64,000 nucleotides of DNA from an uncultured virus (IMG/VR IMGVR_UViG_3300031689_000528) (Duplodnaviria > Heunggongvirae > Uroviricota > Caudoviricetes): IMG/VR virus record IMGVR_UViG_3300031689_000528; one strand, written 5' to 3'. This document shows, piece by piece, positions 9,757 to 18,359 of the stretch. Within the stretch, counting starts at the first letter, position 1, and the number at the start of each line of letters is the position of its first letter. Under the pieces are notes generated by a model that searched no databases, was not told where the DNA came from, and saw only the letters and a list, made by a program, of their open reading frames with translations. A program made the position numbers and the translations under genes.

Positions 9757-11091
9757 ATGTATTTATCAGAACAATACGAAAAAAAATGGCAGCCCGTTTT
9801 AGAGCATCCTGATTTACCAAAAATCAGTGACTCTTACAAACGAGCCGTTACTGCTACTGTCTTGGAAAACCAAGAACGTGCAATGAAAGAGGATTCAGCA
9901 TTCTTAAGCGAAGCTGCTCCTACGAATAACACTGGTGGAACTTCAAATTGGGATCCAATTTTAATTTCATTAGTAAGAAGAGCTATGCCTAACCTTATCG
10001 CTTACGATATCGCTGGTGTACAACCGATGACTGGTCCAACTGGACTTATTTTCGCAATGAGATCAAGATACACTTCAGCAACTGGCAACGAAGCCATGTT
10101 TGATGAAGCTGATACTGATTACTCATCTAGAAATGCTGCTGGTACTTCAGCTGCTGGTGACGGCGTTACAGAACACAGAGGAACAAATCCTTCAGTTCTT
10201 AACGATAGTCCTGCAGGTGCTTATACTAGAGGTCAAGGTATGACTACAGCTGCCGCTGAAGCATTAGGCGACGCTGCTGGAAATGCTTTTGCAGAAATGG
10301 CTTTCTCAATAGAGAAAACAACCGTTACTGCTAGAAGTAGAGCTCTAAAGGCTGAATACACTATGGAACTTGCTCAAGATTTAAAAGCAATCCACGGTCT
10401 AGACGCTGAAACAGAACTTGCAAACATTCTATCTGCTGAGATCCTTGCGGAAATCAACAGAGAAGTTGTAAGAGCTGTTTACATAAACTCTGAAAAGGGT
10501 GCTGCTACTAACACAACTACTGCTGGTGTCTTTGATTTAGATACTGACTCAAACGGTAGATGGTCTGTTGAGAGATTCAAAGGTCTTATGTTCCAATTGG
10601 AAAGAGACGCAAACAGAATCGCTCAAAGAACAAGAAGAGGTAAAGGGAACATGATTATTTGTTCTGCTGATGTCGCTTCTGCTCTACAAATGGCCGGTGT
10701 TTTAGATTACACACCTGCTTTAAACAACAATCTAAACGTTGACGACACAGGCAGTACATTTGCTGGTGTATTAAACGGTAGATTTAAAGTATACATTGAT
10801 CCATACAGTGCAAACTCAAGCGCTAGCCAATACTACGTTGTTGGTTACAAAGGTACTTCACCTTATGACGCTGGTATGTTCTACTGTCCTTATGTTCCAT
10901 TACAAATGGTAAGAGCAGTTGGTCAAGATACTTTCCAACCAAAAATTGGTTTCAAAACTAGATACGGTTTAGTTGCGAATCCTTTTGCGGAAACTGGTGC
11001 TGCTTCGGGTGCGGTTACAGGAATCACTGATTCAGGTACACCTAACTCAAACAGATACTACCAAAAAGTTAAAGTATCAAACATTATGTAA
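9757..11091 (+). CDS. gp23: major capsid protein
   Basis: GVQPMTGPTGLIFAMRSRY, RALKAEYTMELAQDLKAIHGLDAE, FQPKIGFKTRYG. Confidence 0.98.
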   Translation: MYLSEQYEKKWQPVLEHPDLPKISDSYKRAVTATVLENQERAMKEDSAFLSEAAPTNNTGGTSNWDPILISLVRRAMPNLIAYDIAGVQPMTGPTGLIFAMRSRYTSATGNEAMFDEADTDYSSRNAAGTSAAGDGVTEHRGTNPSVLNDSPAGAYTRGQGMTTAAAEALGDAAGNAFAEMAFSIEKTTVTARSRALKAEYTMELAQDLKAIHGLDAETELANILSAEILAEINREVVRAVYINSEKGAATNTTTAGVFDLDTDSNGRWSVERFKGLMFQLERDANRIAQRTRRGKGNMIICSADVASALQMAGVLDYTPALNNNLNVDDTGSTFAGVLNGRFKVYIDPYSANSSASQYYVVGYKGTSPYDAGMFYCPYVPLQMVRAVGQDTFQPKIGFKTRYGLVANPFAETGAASGAVTGITDSGTPNSNRYYQKVKVSNIM

Positions 11092-11116
11092 TCGTAAGAG
11101 AAACGATATCATTATT

Positions 11117-11144
11117 AAAAAAGGGCCTTCGGGCCCTTTTTTTT
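11117..11144 (+). terminator. terminator after gp23 with cUUCGg tetraloop
   Basis: AAAAAA-GGGCC-TTCG-GGCCC-TTTTTTTT; potentially bidirectional. Confidence 0.9.
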
Positions 11145-11190
11145 GGCCTAAATAATCCAGAAATTTAAACTCAAAAGAAGGAGGATAACA

Positions 11191-11274
11191 ATGAACCCTA
11201 ACAGTCATTTGTTTACAGCAATTCTGATAATAGCATTAGTGATACTTGCCCTATTTGGTGGTCCTGGAAGATAG
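11191..11274 (+). CDS. 27-aa hydrophobic mini-protein (MNPNSHLFTAILIIALVILALFGGPGR)
   Basis: Strong AAGGAGG RBS and one TM-like segment; not in the supplied ORF track. Confidence 0.55.
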   Translation: MNPNSHLFTAILIIALVILALFGGPGR

Positions 11275-11282
11275 TATAAATA
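11275..11282 (+). promoter_or_regulatory. late promoter TATAAATA
   Basis: Exact consensus upstream of the 11299 ORF and radical SAM cassette. Confidence 0.65.
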
Positions 11283-11298
11283 TAGTGTAGAGTTAAGT

Positions 11299-11487
11299 AT
11301 GATAAAAAACAGACGTATAGAGCCGGAGATAGACGAAGGAACACAAAAGTTTTTTAACAAACTCATATGGATCTTAATAGTTCTTAATGTACTAATAGGA
11401 GTTCCAACGATATACGACATGTATTTTTATGAACATACGCCAAAGGTATATAGAGATACATCAATGATACAAACAGACGAGACATAG
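11299..11487 (+). CDS. small membrane protein
   Basis: One hydrophobic segment, LIWILIVLNVLIGV. Confidence 0.55.
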   Translation: MIKNRRIEPEIDEGTQKFFNKLIWILIVLNVLIGVPTIYDMYFYEHTPKVYRDTSMIQTDET

Positions 11488-11496
11488 ACATTATAT

Positions 11497-12213
11497 ATGA
11501 GTGATAATAAAATTTTTGAAGGTATGAAATATCGTCATAACCCTAAATATAATAAAAGATTATTTCAGTCTAGCAAAGTAAATTTAGATTTATCTCATAG
11601 ATGTCCTTTAGAATGTTTGCGTTGTGCTAGACAAGATAAAGATCAAAACGGAAATTCAATAAAGACTCCAGGTAGAGATATAACAATGGAAGAATTTGAT
11701 AAGATATCTACTTACTTTGATAGAATACAATTTTGTGGTCAATATTCAGACCCTATACACCACCCTCATTTTATTGATATGTTAAAGATGATAAAAGAAA
11801 AAGGAAAAATAAGTCAAGTACACAATGCCTCATCATTTAAATCAGATGAATATTTTATAGAAGCTTTTAAGGCAAATCCTGATACACAATGGTGGTTTGG
11901 TATAGATGGTCTACCTAAACATAGTCATAAGTATAGAAAAAATCAAGACGGAGAAAAACAGTTTAAAAGATTGTTGTTAGCCAAAGAACACTTAAATAAA
12001 TTACCTATATGGCAAATGATACTTTTTAGTTACAATGAAAATGATTTAGATGAGTGTATGAAAATGGCTGATGAAGTCGGTGTAATATTTAATTTAATTA
12101 ATTCTTCAAGATGGTATAAAGATGATGGTTCTGATCCTTTAATACCAAAAGGTAAAGAGAAGTTACGTATAGAAGAACAAACATTTAATCCAAAGGTTGC
12201 GGTAATGCAATAA
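11497..12213 (+). CDS. radical SAM domain protein
   Basis: CxxxCxxC (CPLECLRC), FCGQYSDP (GGEP-like), FGIDG. Confidence 0.85.
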   Translation: MSDNKIFEGMKYRHNPKYNKRLFQSSKVNLDLSHRCPLECLRCARQDKDQNGNSIKTPGRDITMEEFDKISTYFDRIQFCGQYSDPIHHPHFIDMLKMIKEKGKISQVHNASSFKSDEYFIEAFKANPDTQWWFGIDGLPKHSHKYRKNQDGEKQFKRLLLAKEHLNKLPIWQMILFSYNENDLDECMKMADEVGVIFNLINSSRWYKDDGSDPLIPKGKEKLRIEEQTFNPKVAVMQ

Positions 12214-12217
12214 ACCT

Positions 12218-12676
12218 ATGACAATAAAATTTAATTTTCCACATGTAAGTGAATATGATGAACTAGCAAGGGTTCCTAGTAGAACAAATTTGTATGATGA
12301 AAATGGTAATATTATAACAGATGAACAAAATGGTATCAAGTCAGATATAACTATGAAACCTATGTGTTTTAAAGGTGACATGAATCTTGCTGTAGACAAT
12401 AGAGGTCGTTTATTACCTTGTTGTCATTGTGATACAAGAAATATGACAGGCGATAAAGAGTGGACGAAATTGATTGAAAAAAGTAAAATAGAAGACTATA
12501 ATACGTTAGAAGAAATAATAGATAGTGAAGCGTGGAAAGCATTTTATAAATCACTACAACACAATAGAGGTCCTGTGGCCTGCTGGGATACATGTCGTAG
12601 TAATAAAAAGAAAAAAGACAAACAAGAAATGGTTGTTGCTAAAGGTGGTAAACTAAAAGCATGGGAAAGAAAGTAG
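12218..12676 (+). CDS. stand-alone SPASM/twitch-like Fe-S domain protein
   Basis: C...VDNRGRLLPCC...CWDTC pattern directly after a radical SAM core gene. Confidence 0.7.
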   Translation: MTIKFNFPHVSEYDELARVPSRTNLYDENGNIITDEQNGIKSDITMKPMCFKGDMNLAVDNRGRLLPCCHCDTRNMTGDKEWTKLIEKSKIEDYNTLEEIIDSEAWKAFYKSLQHNRGPVACWDTCRSNKKKKDKQEMVVAKGGKLKAWERK

Positions 12677-12684
12677 TATAAATA
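12677..12684 (+). promoter_or_regulatory. late promoter TATAAATA
   Basis: Exact consensus upstream of the 12685 ORF and gp3. Confidence 0.6.
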
Positions 12685-12942
12685 GTGTATATGAAGAATT
12701 TATTAAGATCAATATTAGGCATGTTAGTTATAATTGTTTGTTTAAAAGTAATTATATTACTTGTATTATTATGTTACTTTGGTTTCTTTTATACTCCAGA
12801 GGCAAATCCTTTAGATAATATTGAAGATAAGATAGAACAAGTTGAAAAAAAAGATAGAGTTCTAACAGATAACGAAAAGGTTTTAGAACAAAAATCTACC
12901 GAAAAGGAGTGGGAAGAAATAGATAAGGACACGGATAAATAA
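12685..12942 (+). CDS. hypothetical membrane-anchored protein
   Basis: N-terminal hydrophobic stretch and charged tail. Confidence 0.55.
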   Translation: MYMKNLLRSILGMLVIIVCLKVIILLVLLCYFGFFYTPEANPLDNIEDKIEQVEKKDRVLTDNEKVLEQKSTEKEWEEIDKDTDK

Positions 12943-12946
12943 TAGT

Positions 12947-13564
12947 ATGACAACAACACAAAGTAGACAACCAACAAAATTAGATTATGCAAGTCCTACA
13001 CAGTTTAAGTTTAGTATTCTTAAACTTCCTAAAGTAGAATACTTTTGTACGGCTGCAACACTACCAGGCATATCTCTATCAGATAGTTATTCTCAATCTA
13101 CACCTTTCAAAGATATTCCATTACCAGGAGAAAAGTTAAACTACGAAAGACTTATAGTATCTTTTATGGTTGATGAAAATTTAGAAAACTACCAAGAGAT
13201 ACATGGTTGGTTAAGAGGTTTTGGTTTTCCCTCAGATCATAAAGAATTTAGTAACTTGTTAAATAGTGGAAAAGATAGATTCCCTACAAGCAATACAAGT
13301 GTACTAGGTGACGCTGGTCGTGTTAAGTATGGATCACCAAATACTGGTGGAACATTTTCAGACGCAACTCTATCAGTACTATCAAACAAAAACAACTCGG
13401 TTTTAGAAGTTAGATTCAGTGATGTATTTCCTATATCACTATCAGGTTTAAGCTATAACCAACAAGCAACAGATGTAGATTACTTAACTGCTACTGTAAC
13501 ATTTGACTATAAGATATATGACTTTGCTTTAACAGGCAAAAAAACTAGCGTTACAACATCTTAA
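12947..13564 (+). CDS. gp3: tail tube terminator/completion protein
   Basis: FMVDENLENYQEIHGW, SDATL, FPISLSGL; synteny with uvsY. Confidence 0.88.
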   Translation: MTTTQSRQPTKLDYASPTQFKFSILKLPKVEYFCTAATLPGISLSDSYSQSTPFKDIPLPGEKLNYERLIVSFMVDENLENYQEIHGWLRGFGFPSDHKEFSNLLNSGKDRFPTSNTSVLGDAGRVKYGSPNTGGTFSDATLSVLSNKNNSVLEVRFSDVFPISLSGLSYNQQATDVDYLTATVTFDYKIYDFALTGKKTSVTTS

Positions 13565-13612
13565 TAGAAGATATTAAGACCTGTAACACAATGAAAGAAA
13601 TTTGGAGATATT

Positions 13613-14041
13613 ATGGATTTAGAACAATTACAAGAACAAGCCGACAAAGATTTAAAACTTAACGACATAGAGTTAGACATTGAATCTTTAAAAACACCAG
13701 CCCTACATAACAAATATTTAAAACACTTAACTAAATTTAAGTTACTATTAACACGTGCTGAAGATGAATTAAGAACAGTTAATCGTGAAAAATGGGAATA
13801 CTATTCGGGTAAATCAGACCCACAAGTATACATTTTAAAACCTTTTAATCTAAAGATATTAAGAACAGACGTTGACAAATATATACACGCTGATGAAGTG
13901 GTACAAAAGGCAACACAAAAGGTTGAATACTTAAAGGTTGTCGTAGACTTTTTAGATAGAACATTAAGACAAATAACCAATCGTACATTTACTATTAAAA
14001 ATGCAATTGATTGGAAAAGATTTACAAGTGGGGCAGTATAA
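13613..14041 (+). CDS. uvsY: recombination mediator UvsY
   Basis: SLKTPALHNKY, WEYYSGK, IKNAIDW. Confidence 0.9.
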   Translation: MDLEQLQEQADKDLKLNDIELDIESLKTPALHNKYLKHLTKFKLLLTRAEDELRTVNREKWEYYSGKSDPQVYILKPFNLKILRTDVDKYIHADEVVQKATQKVEYLKVVVDFLDRTLRQITNRTFTIKNAIDWKRFTSGAV

Positions 14042-14601
14042 TGTATTTAAATAATACCAACTGTGTCAGTATGGGAAAGTTTGAACCAGACTATTGTAAA
14101 AAGTTAATTTCATTATGTGATACTTTAAAAATGAACGAAGCCAGAATACAAGATGGTAATGGTAAAAATCGTAGTAGTAAAGTTGCATGGATTAAACAAA
14201 ACGATACTCTATACAATGATATGAATAACATTATTAATAAACATAATGAATCAGCAGGTTGGAATTTTGATTTAGTGGAGTTTGAACCTTTTCAATATAC
14301 AATATACGAAGAAGGAGATCATTACGATTGGCATATAGATTCTCATACTAAACCATATGATAATGGTTTCATTAGAAAGATAAGTTTCACATTGATTTTA
14401 AATGAAGACTATGAAGGAGGCGAGTTTGAATTAGCTACTCCAACTCCTAAAGGTAATAATCAAAATCAAAAGTTTACAGGTAAATTTACAACAGGTACAA
14501 TTATATCTTTTCCATCATTTGTTTGGCATAAAGTAAATAAGGTTACCAAAGGAACAAGAAAGGTTTTAGTTGGTTGGATCGTTGGTCCGTCTTTTGCATA
14601 A
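14041..14601 (+). CDS. 2OG-Fe(II) oxygenase (prolyl-4-hydroxylase/PKHD-like)
   Basis: YDWHID (HxD), RKIS, YEGGE, FPSFVWHKV, R..LVGW. Confidence 0.9.
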   Translation: MYLNNTNCVSMGKFEPDYCKKLISLCDTLKMNEARIQDGNGKNRSSKVAWIKQNDTLYNDMNNIINKHNESAGWNFDLVEFEPFQYTIYEEGDHYDWHIDSHTKPYDNGFIRKISFTLILNEDYEGGEFELATPTPKGNNQNQKFTGKFTTGTIISFPSFVWHKVNKVTKGTRKVLVGWIVGPSFA

Positions 14602-16094
14602 TGTCAATAGTTAAATACCTAATAGTTGATAAGGTTGACGAGGTCTATATTAAGATAGAGGCCGACGCTGCTATACGTAGAGAATTATCAGAGTATTTTT
14701 GCTTTGAAGTTCCAGGTTATAAGTTTACTCCTGCATATCGTAACAGAGTATGGGATGGAAAAATAAGATTATTCTCATATGCAACTGGACAAATCTATGC
14801 TGGTTTATATCCTTACATATTAAAATGGTGTGAAGATAATAAAGTACAAATTGTAGATGGTGCAAAGATAAAAGATGTAGAGGTTGATGAAAAGAAAGTA
14901 GATGGTTTTTTAAAGGCACTTAAAATACCAATGGAAATAAGAGACTATCAAAGAGACGCATTTATATATGCTACTAGAAAGAATAGATGTCTTCTATTAT
15001 CTCCAACTGCCTCTGGTAAGTCACTTATAATATATCTAATGGTAAGATTCAATATGTTAAGACTTAAACCGAATAATAAAAAAGTACTCATTATAGTGCC
15101 AACAACATCACTAGTAGAACAACTGTTTAAAGATTTTGCTGATTATGGTTGGACACCAGAGAAAAACGTACATAGAATATATCAAGGACATGACAAAGAT
15201 ACAAACAAAGACGTTATAATATCAACATGGCAATCAATATACAATCAACCAAAAGCATGGTTTAAACAGTTTGGTATGGTCATAGGAGACGAAGCACACT
15301 TATTTAAGGCAGTTTCACTTACAAAAATACTTACTAAATTAGATAAATGTAAGTACAGAGTTGGCTTAACAGGTACATTAGATGGAACAAAGACACATAA
15401 ACTAGTGTTAGAAGGACTTTTTGGTACTGTAAATAAGGTTATAACTACAACAGAATTACAAGAGAATAAACAATTAGCAGATTTAAAAATTATATGTTTA
15501 GTATTGCAACATGACAAAGAGGTCAGGCATACTATGAAAGATAAGACTTATCAAGAAGAAATGCATTACTTGGTTGCTAATGAAAAAAGAAATAAGTATA
15601 TTAGAAACTTGGCAATTAATCTAAAAGGTAATACATTATGTTTATTTCAATACGTAGAAAAACATGGCGAAATATTAAAAACTCTAATACAAGAAAAGGC
15701 AGAGGATAGAAAAGTATTCTTTGTACATGGTGGAGTTGAAACAGAGGACAGAGAAGCTATAAGATTTATTACAGAAAAATCAGATGACGCTATTATTGTT
15801 GCGAGTTATGGAACATTTAGTACAGGTATAAATATCAAGAATTTGCACAACATTATTTTTGCAAGTCCTAGTAAGTCACGTGTAAGAAATTTACAATCAA
15901 TTGGTAGAGGTTTAAGATTAAAGGATAATAATTCAGCTGCGACCTTATATGATATAGCAGATGACATAAGTTATAATGGAAAAGAGAACTATACACTGGC
16001 ACACTTCAGAGAACGGATAAATATTTACAATGGCGAAGACTTTAATTATGAAATTCACAACATAGATTTAAACGGAGAGAAAAATGGAAAATAA
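14601..16094 (+). CDS. uvsW: UvsW SF2 helicase
   Basis: WDGKIRLF, PTASGKS, GDEAH, GLTGT, QSIGRGLR. Confidence 0.96.
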   Translation: MSIVKYLIVDKVDEVYIKIEADAAIRRELSEYFCFEVPGYKFTPAYRNRVWDGKIRLFSYATGQIYAGLYPYILKWCEDNKVQIVDGAKIKDVEVDEKKVDGFLKALKIPMEIRDYQRDAFIYATRKNRCLLLSPTASGKSLIIYLMVRFNMLRLKPNNKKVLIIVPTTSLVEQLFKDFADYGWTPEKNVHRIYQGHDKDTNKDVIISTWQSIYNQPKAWFKQFGMVIGDEAHLFKAVSLTKILTKLDKCKYRVGLTGTLDGTKTHKLVLEGLFGTVNKVITTTELQENKQLADLKIICLVLQHDKEVRHTMKDKTYQEEMHYLVANEKRNKYIRNLAINLKGNTLCLFQYVEKHGEILKTLIQEKAEDRKVFFVHGGVETEDREAIRFITEKSDDAIIVASYGTFSTGINIKNLHNIIFASPSKSRVRNLQSIGRGLRLKDNNSAATLYDIADDISYNGKENYTLAHFRERINIYNGEDFNYEIHNIDLNGEKNGK

Positions 16095-16509
16095 CATTAA
16101 AATAATTAAATTAGTAAATGGTGATGATATTGTTTGCGATTTACCTATTGGTGCCAAACAGTTGCACACCTCTAATAAATCTATTAGTATTGTAAAACCT
16201 TTACTAATCAAATACGTTCCTCAAATCACCGTTTCCGGATTTAAGGATTACATTGCATTAATAAGATGGACTGCTTACACTAACGATGTTAAGATAACTA
16301 TTCCAAAAGATAAGATAATGACCATCACAAATGCCAATAGTAGTATGACACAGAGTTATATGGGAGTTGTTGATGAATATAATGACATACCAATGGTGGA
16401 TAATAATAAACAGAAACCCATGATTAAGTTTTCCACTGGCGAGAATAAGAAGATCAACGAGATATTTGATGAAGATTATGATGATGATGAAGAAGGAACA
16501 ATCCATTAG
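16084..16509 (+). CDS. conserved hypothetical protein (Sm-like fold candidate)
   Basis: IKLVNGDDIV motif, similar to the ORF at 33213; typical position between uvsW and gp55. Confidence 0.6.
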   Translation: MENNIKIIKLVNGDDIVCDLPIGAKQLHTSNKSISIVKPLLIKYVPQITVSGFKDYIALIRWTAYTNDVKITIPKDKIMTITNANSSMTQSYMGVVDEYNDIPMVDNNKQKPMIKFSTGENKKINEIFDEDYDDDEEGTIH

Positions 16510-16555
16510 AGGACGCTGGTACTCCAAGCTTCCTTATCAAACGGCTACACCGTTC

Positions 16556-16583
16556 ATTATACATATAATTCACCGAAAGTCAA
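16556..16583 (-). promoter_or_regulatory. putative antisense sigma70 promoter TTGACT-N16-TATAAT
   Basis: Reverse complement of ATTATA (16556-61) and AGTCAA (16578-83). Confidence 0.5.
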
Positions 16584-16620
16584 TGTTAGGATTTAGTAAT
16601 TGAAACTAAATTTTTGAGAG

Positions 16621-16695
16621 GCGGGTCTAGCTCATTGGTAGAGCGAATCGTTGCCAACGATTAGGTAGAGGGTCCGATTCCCTTGACCCGCTCCA
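16621..16695 (+). tRNA. tRNA-Gly(GCC)
   Basis: Cloverleaf: GCGGGTC/GACCCGC acceptor, AATCG-TTGCCAA-CGATT anticodon arm, U73, encoded CCA; T-loop TCCGATT. Confidence 0.92.
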
Positions 16696-16709
16696 AATGT
16701 CTTAAAACA

Positions 16710-16738
16710 TTGACAATTAAGAAAAAATATAGTATATT
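16710..16738 (+). promoter_or_regulatory. sigma70-like promoter for gp55
   Basis: TTGACA-N17-TATATT. Confidence 0.7.
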
Positions 16739-16744
16739 AATATT

Positions 16745-17305
16745 ATGAATAACAAACAGAAAAAAGAACATTACGTAAATAATAAAGAGTTCTTGGCGGC
16801 TATGATTATCTACAGAAAAGCTGTACGTAGAGCAATAAGATTGAAAGAGCCTAAACCAATGGTGGGTAACTACCTTGGCAGTTGTTTTTTAAAGATTGCG
16901 AATCACCTTTCATACAGACCTAATTTTATAAACTACACATTTAAAGATGATATGATATCAGATGGTATTGAAAACTGTCTACAATATCTTGACAACTTTG
17001 ATGGTAAAAAATCAAATAATCCTTTTGCTTACTTTACTCAAATAATCTACTATGCATTTATTAGAAGAATACAAAAAGAGAAAAAGCAAGTTACAATTAA
17101 ACATAAACTGATAAGTAAATCTAATCTAGATGACTTTGCTCTACAGCCAGGTGAAGACCGAGAGTTTAAGAATCAGATGACGGAATACTTACAGAAAAAT
17201 TTACCTATGGATTCACAAGAAAAAATTGCTGAAGAAATAGTTAAATCTAAAAAGAAACGTAAACCTAGAAAGAAGACAAGCACTTTAGATTATTTTTTAA
17301 GTTAA
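16745..17305 (+). CDS. gp55: late-transcription sigma factor
   Basis: HYVNNKEF, RPNFINY, DMISDGIENC, NPFAYFTQI. Confidence 0.96.
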   Translation: MNNKQKKEHYVNNKEFLAAMIIYRKAVRRAIRLKEPKPMVGNYLGSCFLKIANHLSYRPNFINYTFKDDMISDGIENCLQYLDNFDGKKSNNPFAYFTQIIYYAFIRRIQKEKKQVTIKHKLISKSNLDDFALQPGEDREFKNQMTEYLQKNLPMDSQEKIAEEIVKSKKKRKPRKKTSTLDYFLS

Positions 17306-17312
17306 GTCAAGT

Positions 17313-18359
17313 ATGAAGATAGCATTACTAAACGATACTCATTTTGGTTGCCGTAACGATTCTCCACACTTCATCAATTATCAGAATAGATTTTATGATG
17401 AACTATTTTTTCCCTATTTAATAGAGAATAAGATAGATACATTAGTGCATTTAGGAGATGTCGTTGATAGACGTAAGTTTATAAACCATAATACAGCACA
17501 CAATTTCAGACTGAAATTCTGGAATAGATTACAAGAATTAAATATTGATACTCATGTTATATTAGGTAACCATGACACCTATTATAAGAATACAAATGAA
17601 GTCAATGCCATACAAAACTTAAATCTAGGGCCTGATATAAAAATATATACAAGAGCAACCGAAGTAAATATTGGTGGTTTAGATATGTTGTTTATACCTT
17701 GGATTTGTGACGATAATAGAGAAGATACTATCTTTCAGATTGATAACTCTACATCACAAATTGCAATGGGTCATTTAGAAGTAAAAGGTTTTGAAATGCA
17801 TAAAGGAGTTATGAACGAACACGGATTTGAAAGAGAACACTTTAGAAGATTTGAAAAAGTATTATCAGGACACTTTCACAAGAAGTCAGATGATGGCCAG
17901 ATATTCTATCTAGGTACACAATATCAAATTATGTGGTCAGACTATAACTGTCCTAAAGGATTTCATACGTTTGATACGGACACCAGAGAGTTAGATAGAA
18001 TAGAAAACCCTATGCCTATATTTAAAAAATTGGTATATGATGATACTAAAACAAACTATGATGGTTTAGATTTAAAAGATTATGAAAACTGTTTCGTAAA
18101 ACTATTCGTATCTCAAAAAACTGATACCGATATGTATGGTAGACTAGTTGAAAGATTTTATAATAACGCAAACGTACATGAATTAATTATTAATGAAGAT
18201 ACAAATGATATTACTCAAACAGTAAGAGCAGACATTTTAGATTCAGGAGAAGATACGTTGACCTTTCTAGGTAACTATATTGATCAGATAGACACAGATT
18301 TAGATAAACATAAACTAAAGGAGTTTGCTAAAGAATTATATACAGAGGCAAATGAATGA
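17313..18359 (+). CDS. gp47: recombination endonuclease subunit (Mre11/SbcD-like)
   Basis: DTHFG, HLGD, GNHD, SGHFH metallophosphoesterase motifs. Confidence 0.95.
   Translation: MKIALLNDTHFGCRNDSPHFINYQNRFYDELFFPYLIENKIDTLVHLGDVVDRRKFINHNTAHNFRLKFWNRLQELNIDTHVILGNHDTYYKNTNEVNAIQNLNLGPDIKIYTRATEVNIGGLDMLFIPWICDDNREDTIFQIDNSTSQIAMGHLEVKGFEMHKGVMNEHGFEREHFRRFEKVLSGHFHKKSDDGQIFYLGTQYQIMWSDYNCPKGFHTFDTDTRELDRIENPMPIFKKLVYDDTKTNYDGLDLKDYENCFVKLFVSQKTDTDMYGRLVERFYNNANVHELIINEDTNDITQTVRADILDSGEDTLTFLGNYIDQIDTDLDKHKLKEFAKELYTEANE

Noticed and set aside
10973..11155. 60-aa + strand ORF at the gp23 end
   Set aside because: Out-of-frame overlap with gp23 that runs through the terminator hairpin
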